This document shows, piece after piece, positions 1 through 7,286 of a stretch of DNA of 64,000 bases (positions are counted from its first letter, which is position 1; the number at the start of each line of letters is the position of its first letter). The notes under the pieces were generated by a model. That model was not told the DNA's origin. It made no database searches and saw nothing but the letters and a program-made list of their open reading frames with translations. The DNA comes from Tidjanibacter sp. (lineage in GTDB: Bacteria > Bacteroidota > Bacteroidia > Bacteroidales > Rikenellaceae). The DNA lies in NCBI GenBank assembly GCA_045591965.1, contig JAZNTX010000021.1, positions 66,331 through 130,330 of the forward strand, given 5' to 3'. Position numbers and translations under genes: made by a program.

Positions 1-2
1 CA

Positions 3-1400
3 AGAAATAGACACCCTCGTTTAGAGGGTCTTGAAATAACCGCCCTTGTGGCAGAGGGTAATGCAATGGGCAAGTGGAACGATGTTGTGGTTTTTGTGCC
101 AATGACCGTTCCGGGGGATGTTGTCAATGTGCAAATACGCACCAAACGCCGCCGCTATATGGAGGGCTATGTGACCGAATATGTCAAACGCTCGCCCAAG
201 AGGGTGGAGCCCTTCTGCGCCCACTTTGGCGTGTGTGGCGGCTGCAAGTGGCAGAATATCCCATATAGCGAGCAGATTGCCTTCAAACAGCAGCAGGTCT
301 ACGACCAACTCACTCGCATCGGACACCTCGAACTGCCCGAGATTAGTCCAATACTCGGCTCGAAGAAGACCGACCACTACCGCAATAAACTCGAATTCAC
401 CTTCGCACCCAAGCGTTGGAAGACTTATGAGGAGGTGGCTCGCGGCGAGGAGATAGCCGACACCCCCGCGCTCGGCTTTCACATTCCCTCAATGTTCGAT
501 AAGATTTTGGATATCGACTATTGCCACCTGCAACCCACGCCCTCGAATGAGATTCGCAACGAGGTGCGTAGGTGGTGTATTGAGCACGAATACCCCTTCT
601 ATGATATCCGCCAGCACTCGGGCTTGATGCGCAATATCATCATCCGCACAGCCTCCACGGGCGAAGTGATGGTGATTGTGGTATTTGCTGTTGAGGACAA
701 GGAGCGTATAGAGGCTCTTATGGAACACTTGAAGGTAACCTTCCCCGAAATAACCTCGCTTGTCTATATGATAAACGACAAACTCAATGACTCGCTTGGC
801 GATAGGGAGCCTATTCTCTATTCGGGTCGCGACCATATCTTCGAGCAGATGGAGGGCTTGAAGTTTAAGATTGGTCCTAAGTCGTTCTACCAGACCAACT
901 CCGAGCAGGCGTATGAACTCTATAAGGTGGCTCGCGAGTTTGCCGACCTTACGGGCGATGAGGTGGTCTATGACCTCTATACGGGTACGGGCACAATTGC
1001 CAACTTTGTGGCATCGAAGGCAAAGAGTGTAGTGGGCGTGGAGTATGTCGAGGAGGCTATTGAGGATGCAAAGGTCAACTCGGCAATCAATGGCATAGAG
1101 AATACAACCTTCTATGCGGGCGATATGAAGGATGTTATGAACGATGAGTTTGTGGAGCGCAACGGTCGCCCCGATGTGGTAATTCTTGACCCACCAAGGG
1201 CAGGCGTTCACGAGGATGTTATAGCAACCATTTTGCGTGCTGCACCCCAAAGGATAGTCTATGTTAGTTGCAACCCCGCAACTCAGGCACGCGATTTGGC
1301 TCTGATGAATGACCACTATAAGATAGTTGCAGTGCAACCCGTGGATATGTTTCCGCACACCCACCATGTTGAAAATGTTGTAAAACTTGTAAAAAGATGA
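3..1400 (+). CDS. rlmD: 23S rRNA (uracil-1939-C5)-methyltransferase; 5' end just outside the window
   Basis: Frame is open from base 3. TRAM-like N-terminus, Fe-S motif CAHFGVCGGC, DLYTGTGT SAM motif, DPPRAG, YVSCNPAT, DMFPHTHHVE. Confidence 0.93.
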   Translation, partial: RNRHPRLEGLEITALVAEGNAMGKWNDVVVFVPMTVPGDVVNVQIRTKRRRYMEGYVTEYVKRSPKRVEPFCAHFGVCGGCKWQNIPYSEQIAFKQQQVYDQLTRIGHLELPEISPILGSKKTDHYRNKLEFTFAPKRWKTYEEVARGEEIADTPALGFHIPSMFDKILDIDYCHLQPTPSNEIRNEVRRWCIEHEYPFYDIRQHSGLMRNIIIRTASTGEVMVIVVFAVEDKERIEALMEHLKVTFPEITSLVYMINDKLNDSLGDREPILYSGRDHIFEQMEGLKFKIGPKSFYQTNSEQAYELYKVAREFADLTGDEVVYDLYTGTGTIANFVASKAKSVVGVEYVEEAIEDAKVNSAINGIENTTFYAGDMKDVMNDEFVERNGRPDVVILDPPRAGVHEDVIATILRAAPQRIVYVSCNPATQARDLALMNDHYKIVAVQPVDMFPHTHHVENVVKLVKR

Positions 1401-1984
1401 AGAAAATAGTTACGGCTCTTGTTATGCTTGTGTGCTCGCTTTCGATGAGCGCACAGAGCGAGGTTGCTACCGCGCCTCAGACCGATGATCTCTATCGCTT
1501 GCCTTTCGATAAGGGCGTGGAGTGTGTGGCTTATAGTCTATCTCCCGTAAAGTTAGGTCTGGGTCATAGGCACAATTTGGTTGATTTTTGCGCTTGGGAT
1601 CTTGTGGCTTCGGAGCCTACGGCGGTGGTCGCCCCTCGCGATGGTGTGGTTGAGAGCGTGACCGATAGCAGTGTTCTTATTCGTCACAAGGAGAATATCT
1701 ATACCCGCCTTGGTAGAATTGGTACCCCACTTGTGATGGAGGGCGACAGGGTGTCTAAGGGCGATATGATAGCAGCCCCTGCTGAGGAGAGTAGGGTCTA
1801 TATGGAGGTATTTTACCTGACCCCTAATCCCAATTATGGCGAGGCAACGCTGAGTGGCAAGAGTGAGAATTTGGTTTGCTATATCAACCCCATTTTTTCC
1901 ACTCGCTCGAAGTGTAAGACTCAACTCACACACGGAAACTCCTACACGGTGAAGGTACGCACTTGGTGCTGGTTCTGGGAATAG
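1397..1984 (+). CDS. Secreted M23-peptidase-like protein, probably catalytically degenerate
   Basis: Signal peptide; HNLVD (HxxxD) and VVAPRDGVV and V.EGD.V.KGD.IA M23-like segments; lacks the usual YaHL and HLHF histidines. Confidence 0.55.
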   Translation: MKKIVTALVMLVCSLSMSAQSEVATAPQTDDLYRLPFDKGVECVAYSLSPVKLGLGHRHNLVDFCAWDLVASEPTAVVAPRDGVVESVTDSSVLIRHKENIYTRLGRIGTPLVMEGDRVSKGDMIAAPAEESRVYMEVFYLTPNPNYGEATLSGKSENLVCYINPIFSTRSKCKTQLTHGNSYTVKVRTWCWFWE

Positions 1985-2064
1985 TGGGCAACTGGTAATT
2001 GGCAGTTAATAGTTGGTGGGTACGGAATTTGCTCTGTACTTGGTTGATTAAAAAAGAGGAAGTT

Positions 2065-2520
2065 ATGAAAAATTTTATGACTTTGGAGTATGAACGCTAC
2101 AACTCCATTGAGGAGATGACAGCCGAAGATAGGGAACTTGTTGAGGTTGCCGAGAAGGCTTGCGAGAATGCTATTGCCGACTACTCGCATTTCCATGTAG
2201 GCGCGGCTGCAAGGCTCGAAAGTGGAAGAATAATTACGGGTAGTAATGTGGAGAGCGAGGTCTACCCCGCAGGGCTCTGTGCTGAGCGCACTCTGCTCTT
2301 TCACCACCAAGCGACCTGCCCCAAAGATCGCATTGTGGCTCTCGCCATCGCCTCCAATCCCAGCCATAGGGAGTGTTACCCTTGTGGGCAGTGCCGTCAG
2401 GTGTTGCACGATGTGGAGAAACGACAAGGACTCAATTTTAAGGTGATTATGAGTGGTGCAGGTACAGCATCGGTTGTAGATAGCGCAGGCGACCTGTTAC
2501 CTTTTACTTTTGAACTGTAA
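2065..2520 (+). CDS. cdd: Cytidine deaminase
   Basis: YSHFHVGAA, CAER and PCGQCRQ zinc motifs; ATG at 2065 after an A-rich tract. Confidence 0.92.
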   Translation: MKNFMTLEYERYNSIEEMTAEDRELVEVAEKACENAIADYSHFHVGAAARLESGRIITGSNVESEVYPAGLCAERTLLFHHQATCPKDRIVALAIASNPSHRECYPCGQCRQVLHDVEKRQGLNFKVIMSGAGTASVVDSAGDLLPFTFEL

Positions 2521-2543
2521 TAGATTTTACAACCCAAACGATA

Positions 2544-3236
2544 ATGTTTCACAAATCCGACATACTTTACGAAGATAACCATATCCTTGCAGTGAATAAA
2601 CACGCGGGAGATTTGGTGCAATCCGATGCTGAGGGAACGCTCGGCTTGGAAGACGAGATTAAAGAGTTTATCAAGGTGCGCGACGAGAAACCAGGGGAGG
2701 TCTTCCTTGGCGTGGTGCATCGTATAGACCGCCCTGTGAGCGGAGTGGTAATTTTTGCCAAGACCAGCAAAGCCCTTGTGAGGCTCAATGAGATGGTCAG
2801 GGATAGGAAGATTGATAAACGCTATTGGGCAGTGTGTGAGGAGGCTCCCGAGGAGTTGGAGGGTACGCTCGTACACTTCATCACTCGCGATGGCAAGACC
2901 AATAAGGCTGTTGCTTATAACTCCCAGAAGGGCGATGCGAAGCGTGCCGAACTGCGCTATAAAATGCTGGGCGGCAGCAAGAACTATAAACTCTTGGAGG
3001 TGGAACTCATTACGGGTCGCCACCACCAGATCCGTTGCCAACTCGCCAAGGTGGGCTGTCCTATTAAGGGCGATTTGAAATATGGCGCAAAACGCTCCAA
3101 TCAGGGTGGTGGAATTTCGCTCCACTCGCGCAGTGTGGGGTTTGTTCATCCCGTGAGGAAAGAGCCCCTGAAAATCGTGGCTCCCGTTCCCACCGGCGAC
3201 CCCCTCTGGGCATTCTTCGAAGAGAGTCAAGCGTAG
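2544..3236 (+). CDS. RluA-family pseudouridine synthase
   Basis: HRIDRPVSG catalytic motif, TGRHHQIR, GDLKYG. Confidence 0.92.
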   Translation: MFHKSDILYEDNHILAVNKHAGDLVQSDAEGTLGLEDEIKEFIKVRDEKPGEVFLGVVHRIDRPVSGVVIFAKTSKALVRLNEMVRDRKIDKRYWAVCEEAPEELEGTLVHFITRDGKTNKAVAYNSQKGDAKRAELRYKMLGGSKNYKLLEVELITGRHHQIRCQLAKVGCPIKGDLKYGAKRSNQGGGISLHSRSVGFVHPVRKEPLKIVAPVPTGDPLWAFFEESQA

Positions 3237-3317
3237 AGCGAGCAAAATTAGAGGGGGCGATGCAACATTTTGCCCCCTTTGTGCATCTATATAGTAAGAA
3301 ACCAAACTCCTACGACT

Positions 3318-3698
3318 ATGAAACGCGGAATTAGGAACATACTTTTGAGCCTTGTGGGTTTCTCGGCAGCACCCCTGCTGACCGCCTGCTACGGTTCTCC
3401 CTACGACAATTACGACCCCGATGCCGCAGAGCCTTTCTCTGAGGTAGAAGGGTATGTTGTCAATACCGAGATGAAACCCATTAAGGGTATTCAAGTTGCG
3501 GTGAATGGACTGACGACTACCACCAGCGAGGATGGGCATTTCCTCATAGAGAGTGCCGATTATCCGATGTACTACACCGAGTTGCTCTGTGCTGAGGATA
3601 TAGATGGCGAGGCGAATGGTGGCTATTATGGTATGGAGTATGTCGATGTTACCAAGGATAACCACTCGGTTGTAAGTGTTGTAATGTCGAAGAAATAG
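3318..3698 (+). CDS. Radical SAM-associated putative lipoprotein (TIGR04134-like)
   Basis: Lipobox LTAC followed by YGSP; DIDGEANGG motif; lies immediately upstream of the radical SAM/SPASM gene. Confidence 0.8.
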   Translation: MKRGIRNILLSLVGFSAAPLLTACYGSPYDNYDPDAAEPFSEVEGYVVNTEMKPIKGIQVAVNGLTTTTSEDGHFLIESADYPMYYTELLCAEDIDGEANGGYYGMEYVDVTKDNHSVVSVVMSKK

Positions 3699-3713
3699 TC
3701 CCCACTTTACACT

Positions 3714-4793
3714 ATGGCAAGCATCAAGATAGGTCTGCGTAAACGCCTTGCACTGGGACTTTTTGCGGGCATTAAGCGTGAGTTGGCAGAGAAGCACGAG
3801 TTGAGGGAGATTTTTTGGGAATCAACCCTGCGGTGCAATCTTAATTGTCGTCACTGCGGTAGCGATTGTCGCTCCTCGGCTGCCACGCCCGATATGCCTG
3901 CCGAGGACTTCCTCTCGGCGGTGGATAAAATTACGCCCCATGTTAATCCCCACCGCGTTATGGTCGTTATTACGGGTGGCGAGGCACTCTGCCGTAAGGA
4001 TTTGGAGTCGGTAGGAAAGGCACTCTACAAGCGTGGTTACCCTTGGGGTATAGTGACCAACGGCATGCTCCTTACAAAGGAGCGTATGCGCTCGCTTGTG
4101 GCAGCAGGCTTGCGCTCCATAACCCTCTCTATTGACGGCTTTGAGGAGCAACATAACAACATACGCCAAAATGCCAATAGTTGGCGCAATGCCATCCGTG
4201 CGCTCGATGTTATTACCTCCACCAAAGGTGTCGCCTACGATGTGGTAACCTGCGTAAATAGGGAAAACTACTCCCAACTTGCCGATTTTAAGGAATTTCT
4301 CATTTCGCATGGCTGTCGGGCTTGGCGATTGTTTACGATATTTCCTGTGGGTAGGGCTGCCGAAGACGATGCGCTCCAACTCCCACCAGAGGAGTATCGT
4401 GGACTGATGGAGTTCATCGCCCAAACCCGCAAGGAGGGACGAATTAAGTGCGACTATGCATGCGAAGGTTTCCTTGGTGGCTATGAGGCGGAGGTTAGGG
4501 ATAACTTCTTCGGCTGTCAGGCGGGCGTGAGTATTGTGGGTATCAAGGTAGATGGAGCAATCTCGGGTTGTACGAGTATTCGCGCTTGTTTCGATCAAGG
4601 CAATATCTATAAAGATGATATTTGGGAGGTGTGGCAAAATCGCTTCGAGCCTTTCCGCAATCGCGCGTGGGCTCGTAAGGGCGAGTGCGCAGAGTGTAAG
4701 ATGTGGAAGTTCTGCGAGGGTAATGGTATGCACCTCTACGACAACGACCACAATCTCCTACACTGCAACTACCGGCGATTGTGCAAAGAGTAA
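3714..4793 (+). CDS. Radical SAM/SPASM protein (TIGR04133-like)
   Basis: CNLNCRHC motif, TGGEAL, Cys-rich C-terminal SPASM region (CQAG...CTS...CAECKMWKFC...HC). Confidence 0.85.
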   Translation: MASIKIGLRKRLALGLFAGIKRELAEKHELREIFWESTLRCNLNCRHCGSDCRSSAATPDMPAEDFLSAVDKITPHVNPHRVMVVITGGEALCRKDLESVGKALYKRGYPWGIVTNGMLLTKERMRSLVAAGLRSITLSIDGFEEQHNNIRQNANSWRNAIRALDVITSTKGVAYDVVTCVNRENYSQLADFKEFLISHGCRAWRLFTIFPVGRAAEDDALQLPPEEYRGLMEFIAQTRKEGRIKCDYACEGFLGGYEAEVRDNFFGCQAGVSIVGIKVDGAISGCTSIRACFDQGNIYKDDIWEVWQNRFEPFRNRAWARKGECAECKMWKFCEGNGMHLYDNDHNLLHCNYRRLCKE

Positions 4794-4829
4794 ATCTACT
4801 CAAAGAGGTTGTATACCACTAAATAAATT

Positions 4830-4864
4830 GCAAGAGCCACCAAAACTTGTTTGGCGGCTCTTGC
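4830..4864. terminator. Bidirectional intrinsic terminator
   Basis: GCAAGAGCCACCAAA / TTTGGCGGCTCTTGC hairpin between convergent genes. Confidence 0.7.
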
Positions 4865-4931
4865 TGTTTGTGGTTAGTTTGGGTTATGTATGTAAACAAC
4901 CCCAGAAAAGTAGTTGAGTAGTGAGTTTGCT

Positions 4932-5480
4932 CTATTTGAAATAGCGGTTGTAGAGTCCCTCAAAGCCCTTGCCGTGGCGAGCCTCGTCTTTTGCCATCTC
5001 GTGAACAGTATCGTGGATAGCGTCGAGGTTGTGCTGCTTTGCGAGGGTAGCGATGTGCTTCTTGCCGTCGCAAGCACCATGCTCAGCCATCATTCGTTTG
5101 TAGACATTGGTCTTGGTGTCCCATACAACCTCGCCAATGAGTTCGGCAAACTTGGCAGCGTGCTCTGCCTCCTCCCACGCGTAGCGTTTGAAAGCCTCGG
5201 CAATCTCGGGATAACCCTCGCGGTCTGCCTGACGCGACATTGCAAGGTACATACCTACCTCGGTACACTCGCCCATAAAGTGGTCTTGCAAACCTTTCCA
5301 AATCTCTTCGGGGCAACCCTGAGCCACACCTAGACGGTGCTCGTCAGCAAAGTTGAGTGCTTCGCCATTCTCTACAATCTCTTCGAATTTGTCGGCTCCT
5401 ACTTTGCAAAGAGGGCACTGTTCGGGCGCATTTTCGCCTTCGTGGATATAACCACATACGGTACAACGGAATTTCTTCAT
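4932..5480 (-). CDS. Reverse rubrerythrin / NADH peroxidase
   Basis: N-terminal rubredoxin CTVC...CPLC followed by a di-iron domain (EEAEHA, DEARHG); ATG at 5480. Confidence 0.9.
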   Translation of the reverse strand: MKKFRCTVCGYIHEGENAPEQCPLCKVGADKFEEIVENGEALNFADEHRLGVAQGCPEEIWKGLQDHFMGECTEVGMYLAMSRQADREGYPEIAEAFKRYAWEEAEHAAKFAELIGEVVWDTKTNVYKRMMAEHGACDGKKHIATLAKQHNLDAIHDTVHEMAKDEARHGKGFEGLYNRYFK

Positions 5481-5518
5481 AGTGATAATTTGTGTTTGAT
5501 TTGTATTATTTTTCTCTT

Positions 5519-5938
5519 TTAGTTGCTCTTTTTCGACTCGCAATCAGCACAAATGCCCTTGTAGTAGAGTTGTGCGTCGGTCACTCGGGCTGCATTGCGG
5601 GGGATGTTACGCTCCACAAAACTTGCATCATCTAAATCAACATCGTAGACCTGTCCACAGTTTGCACACATAAAATGAGCGTGGGGATGGGTGTAGCCGT
5701 CGAAGTGTGCATTGATGCCGTCTATGCATAGGGCAAGTACTGCGCCGTGCTCGCATAGTAGGTGTAGAGTGTTGTAAACGGTTGTGCGCGAGAGTGTTGG
5801 AATTTCCTGCGCCAGAGCGTGGTAGATTTCATCAACTGTTGGGTGTGTACGATGTGTCAGCAGATAATTCATCACTGCAATCCTCTGCACCGAAGGGCGA
5901 ATGCCAAATTTCATCAAATATTCCTTTGCTACTACCAT
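5519..5938 (-). CDS. Fur/PerR-family transcriptional regulator
   Basis: [27 protein letters not shown] and CADC; co-oriented with rubrerythrin. The true start is ATG 5938; the longer ORF call runs through the tRNA. Confidence 0.9.
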   Translation of the reverse strand: MVVAKEYLMKFGIRPSVQRIAVMNYLLTHRTHPTVDEIYHALAQEIPTLSRTTVYNTLHLLCEHGAVLALCIDGINAHFDGYTHPHAHFMCANCGQVYDVDLDDASFVERNIPRNAARVTDAQLYYKGICADCESKKSN

Positions 5939-5984
5939 GGTTGTTTGTTTTAATACTGTAACAATTGCAAAAATGTTGTTATTG

Positions 5985-5992
5985 CAAAGGTA
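5985..5992 (-). promoter_or_regulatory. Bacteroidetes -7 promoter box for the Fur-family/rubrerythrin operon
   Basis: TACCTTTG (TAnnTTTG) on the minus strand, about 47 nt upstream of the ATG. Confidence 0.6.
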
Positions 5993-6046
5993 TGGAGTTT
6001 TTTGAAATCTGCAAATTTTTTCGCCACTTTTTTCGATATAAACTAT

Positions 6047-6054
6047 TATATTTG
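6047..6054 (+). promoter_or_regulatory. -7 promoter box for the tRNA
   Basis: TATATTTG about 50 nt upstream of the tRNA. Confidence 0.6.
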
Positions 6055-6105
6055 CATCGCCTAACGACAAGGGGGCTTGTGGAATCCTCGTTGAGAGTTG
6101 GGTTT

Positions 6106-6180
6106 CGGGGTGTAGCGCAGTCCGGTTAGCGCGCCAGCTTCGGGAGTTGGAGGCCGAGAGTTCGAATCTCTTCACCCCGA
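6106..6180 (+). tRNA. tRNA-Pro(CGG)
   Basis: CGGGGTG/CACCCCG acceptor stem, anticodon arm CCAGC-TTCGGGA-GTTGG, T-loop GTTCGAATC; CCA not encoded. Confidence 0.95.
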
Positions 6181-6184
6181 CAAA

Positions 6185-6360
6185 GAATAAAAGAAAGACC
6201 ACTCGCAAGTGCGAGTGGTCTTTTGCGTGAGAAAGGGGCTATGAATTTTATTCATAAAGCCCCTTTACCACGCAAAAGATAACCTGCCTATGGCAGGTCT
6301 TTCTTTTATTCGCCTTTGCGGGACGAAGAGATCACCGAGCAAAGCGAGGTAATCTCTTCG
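6185..6360. repeat. Nested inverted-repeat cluster downstream of the tRNA, including its likely terminator
   Basis: Perfect 16-bp IR at 6185-6200/6296-6311. Terminator-like hairpin at 6194-6223. Further IRs at 6219-6229/6269-6279 and 6232-6240/6258-6266, and CGAAGAGAT/ATCTCTTCG at 6324-6360. Confidence 0.75.
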
Positions 6361-6432
6361 AGACTTTTGATGTTATTACTATTGCTTGTGCTATTTTGAA
6401 ATAAATGTGTTTGTTCTTGATGAAAAAATGAC

Positions 6433-6700
6433 TATTTTTGTAGTGCTATGTAGGACATAGTATACATATTTTAGCGAAAGTGTTTTCGTGTCCTTTGTGG
6501 GAAATGTGGAAGTTTTCAACAACGCGGGATTACGGATACATCGACCGCTCGTGCATTGAATGTGTGGTGTTGTTTTTGGATATAACACTTCATATAGTGC
6601 CGAGTGTGGAGTGTTATCAGTAGTTTGTTGCGTTTTAGGTATTCCACAACCTCCCACAAAATAGACGAAAGTAGGCTTCACACTTTTGTTTTATATAATT
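6433..6700 (+). ncRNA. Putative structured leader RNA, copy 1 (homolog of 52824-53100)
   Basis: TATTTTTG box at 6433, short hairpin at 6443-6463, nested rod at 6477-6686; motifs and pairings are shared with copy 2. Confidence 0.7.
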
Positions 6701-6738
6701 ATTAAATGCATAGGAGCCGATGCGCTATTATTAGTGGT

Positions 6739-7209
6739 ATGTCTGATAAGAAATTTGAATTAAAAGGCGTTGGAGCTCATCTTTCGGTTTATGAGGACAA
6801 AATTGTAATCGAAACAAAAGGTTTGCTTGGTTTTTTGTCGCAAGGTTTGGCAGGTGGTAAGACAATCCCAATGAACGCAATTCAGAGTGTGCAATTCAAA
6901 GCGGCTGGTGCGTTTGTGAATGGTTTTATTCAATTTGGTATAATGGGTGGTCGTGAGGTTCAGGGCGGTGTGTTTAATGCTGCGAATGATGAAAACTCGG
7001 TAATCTTCACCTCCGATTTGAATGCGATGGCAACAAAAATTAAAGAGTATATTGAGGGTATTATCCTTGATCGCTCAAATGCTACTCAAACCATAGTTCA
7101 GTCCACTTCGGCTGCTGATGAAATTTTGAAGTACAAGAATTTGTGTGACCAAGGAATTATCACTCAACAAGAATTTGAGGCAAAGAAGAAAGAGTTATTA
7201 GGCTTGTAG
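6739..7209 (+). CDS. DUF4429-like / SHOCT-domain protein
   Basis: N-terminal GxGxxLxVYEDK...KTIP..AI.SVQF...NGFIQF...DEN.VIF pattern; C-terminal SHOCT SAADEILKYKNLCDQGIITQQEFEAKKKELL; AT-rich codon usage. Confidence 0.8.
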   Translation: MSDKKFELKGVGAHLSVYEDKIVIETKGLLGFLSQGLAGGKTIPMNAIQSVQFKAAGAFVNGFIQFGIMGGREVQGGVFNAANDENSVIFTSDLNAMATKIKEYIEGIILDRSNATQTIVQSTSAADEILKYKNLCDQGIITQQEFEAKKKELLGL

Positions 7210-7219
7210 TATATAATGA

Positions 7220-7253
7220 ACGAAAGAGAACCATTTGATAGGTTCTCTTTCGT
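7220..7253. terminator. Bidirectional intrinsic terminator
   Basis: 13-bp perfect stem ACGAAAGAGAACC/GGTTCTCTTTCGT between convergent genes. Confidence 0.75.
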
Positions 7254-7286
7254 ATTTTATAAGTCTGTATTGTGTGATATCTCGCT

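Noticed and set aside
4796-4921. Outer inverted repeats (CTACTCAA/TTGAGTAG) around the terminator
   Set aside because: Short and not shared with other sites; could be chance.
5939-6208. Long N-terminal extension of the Fur-family ORF
   Set aside because: Runs through promoters and the tRNA antisense; not part of the protein.
6391-6681. 96-aa minus-strand ORF, and 52748-53029 on the plus strand
   Set aside because: They overlap the two homologous leader elements but are not homologous to each other; RNA structure explains the conservation better.
6460-6690. Possible 6S RNA
   Set aside because: The rod length is similar, but a diverged second copy upstream of another accessory gene and the leader position argue against it. 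Not excluded without cmscan.
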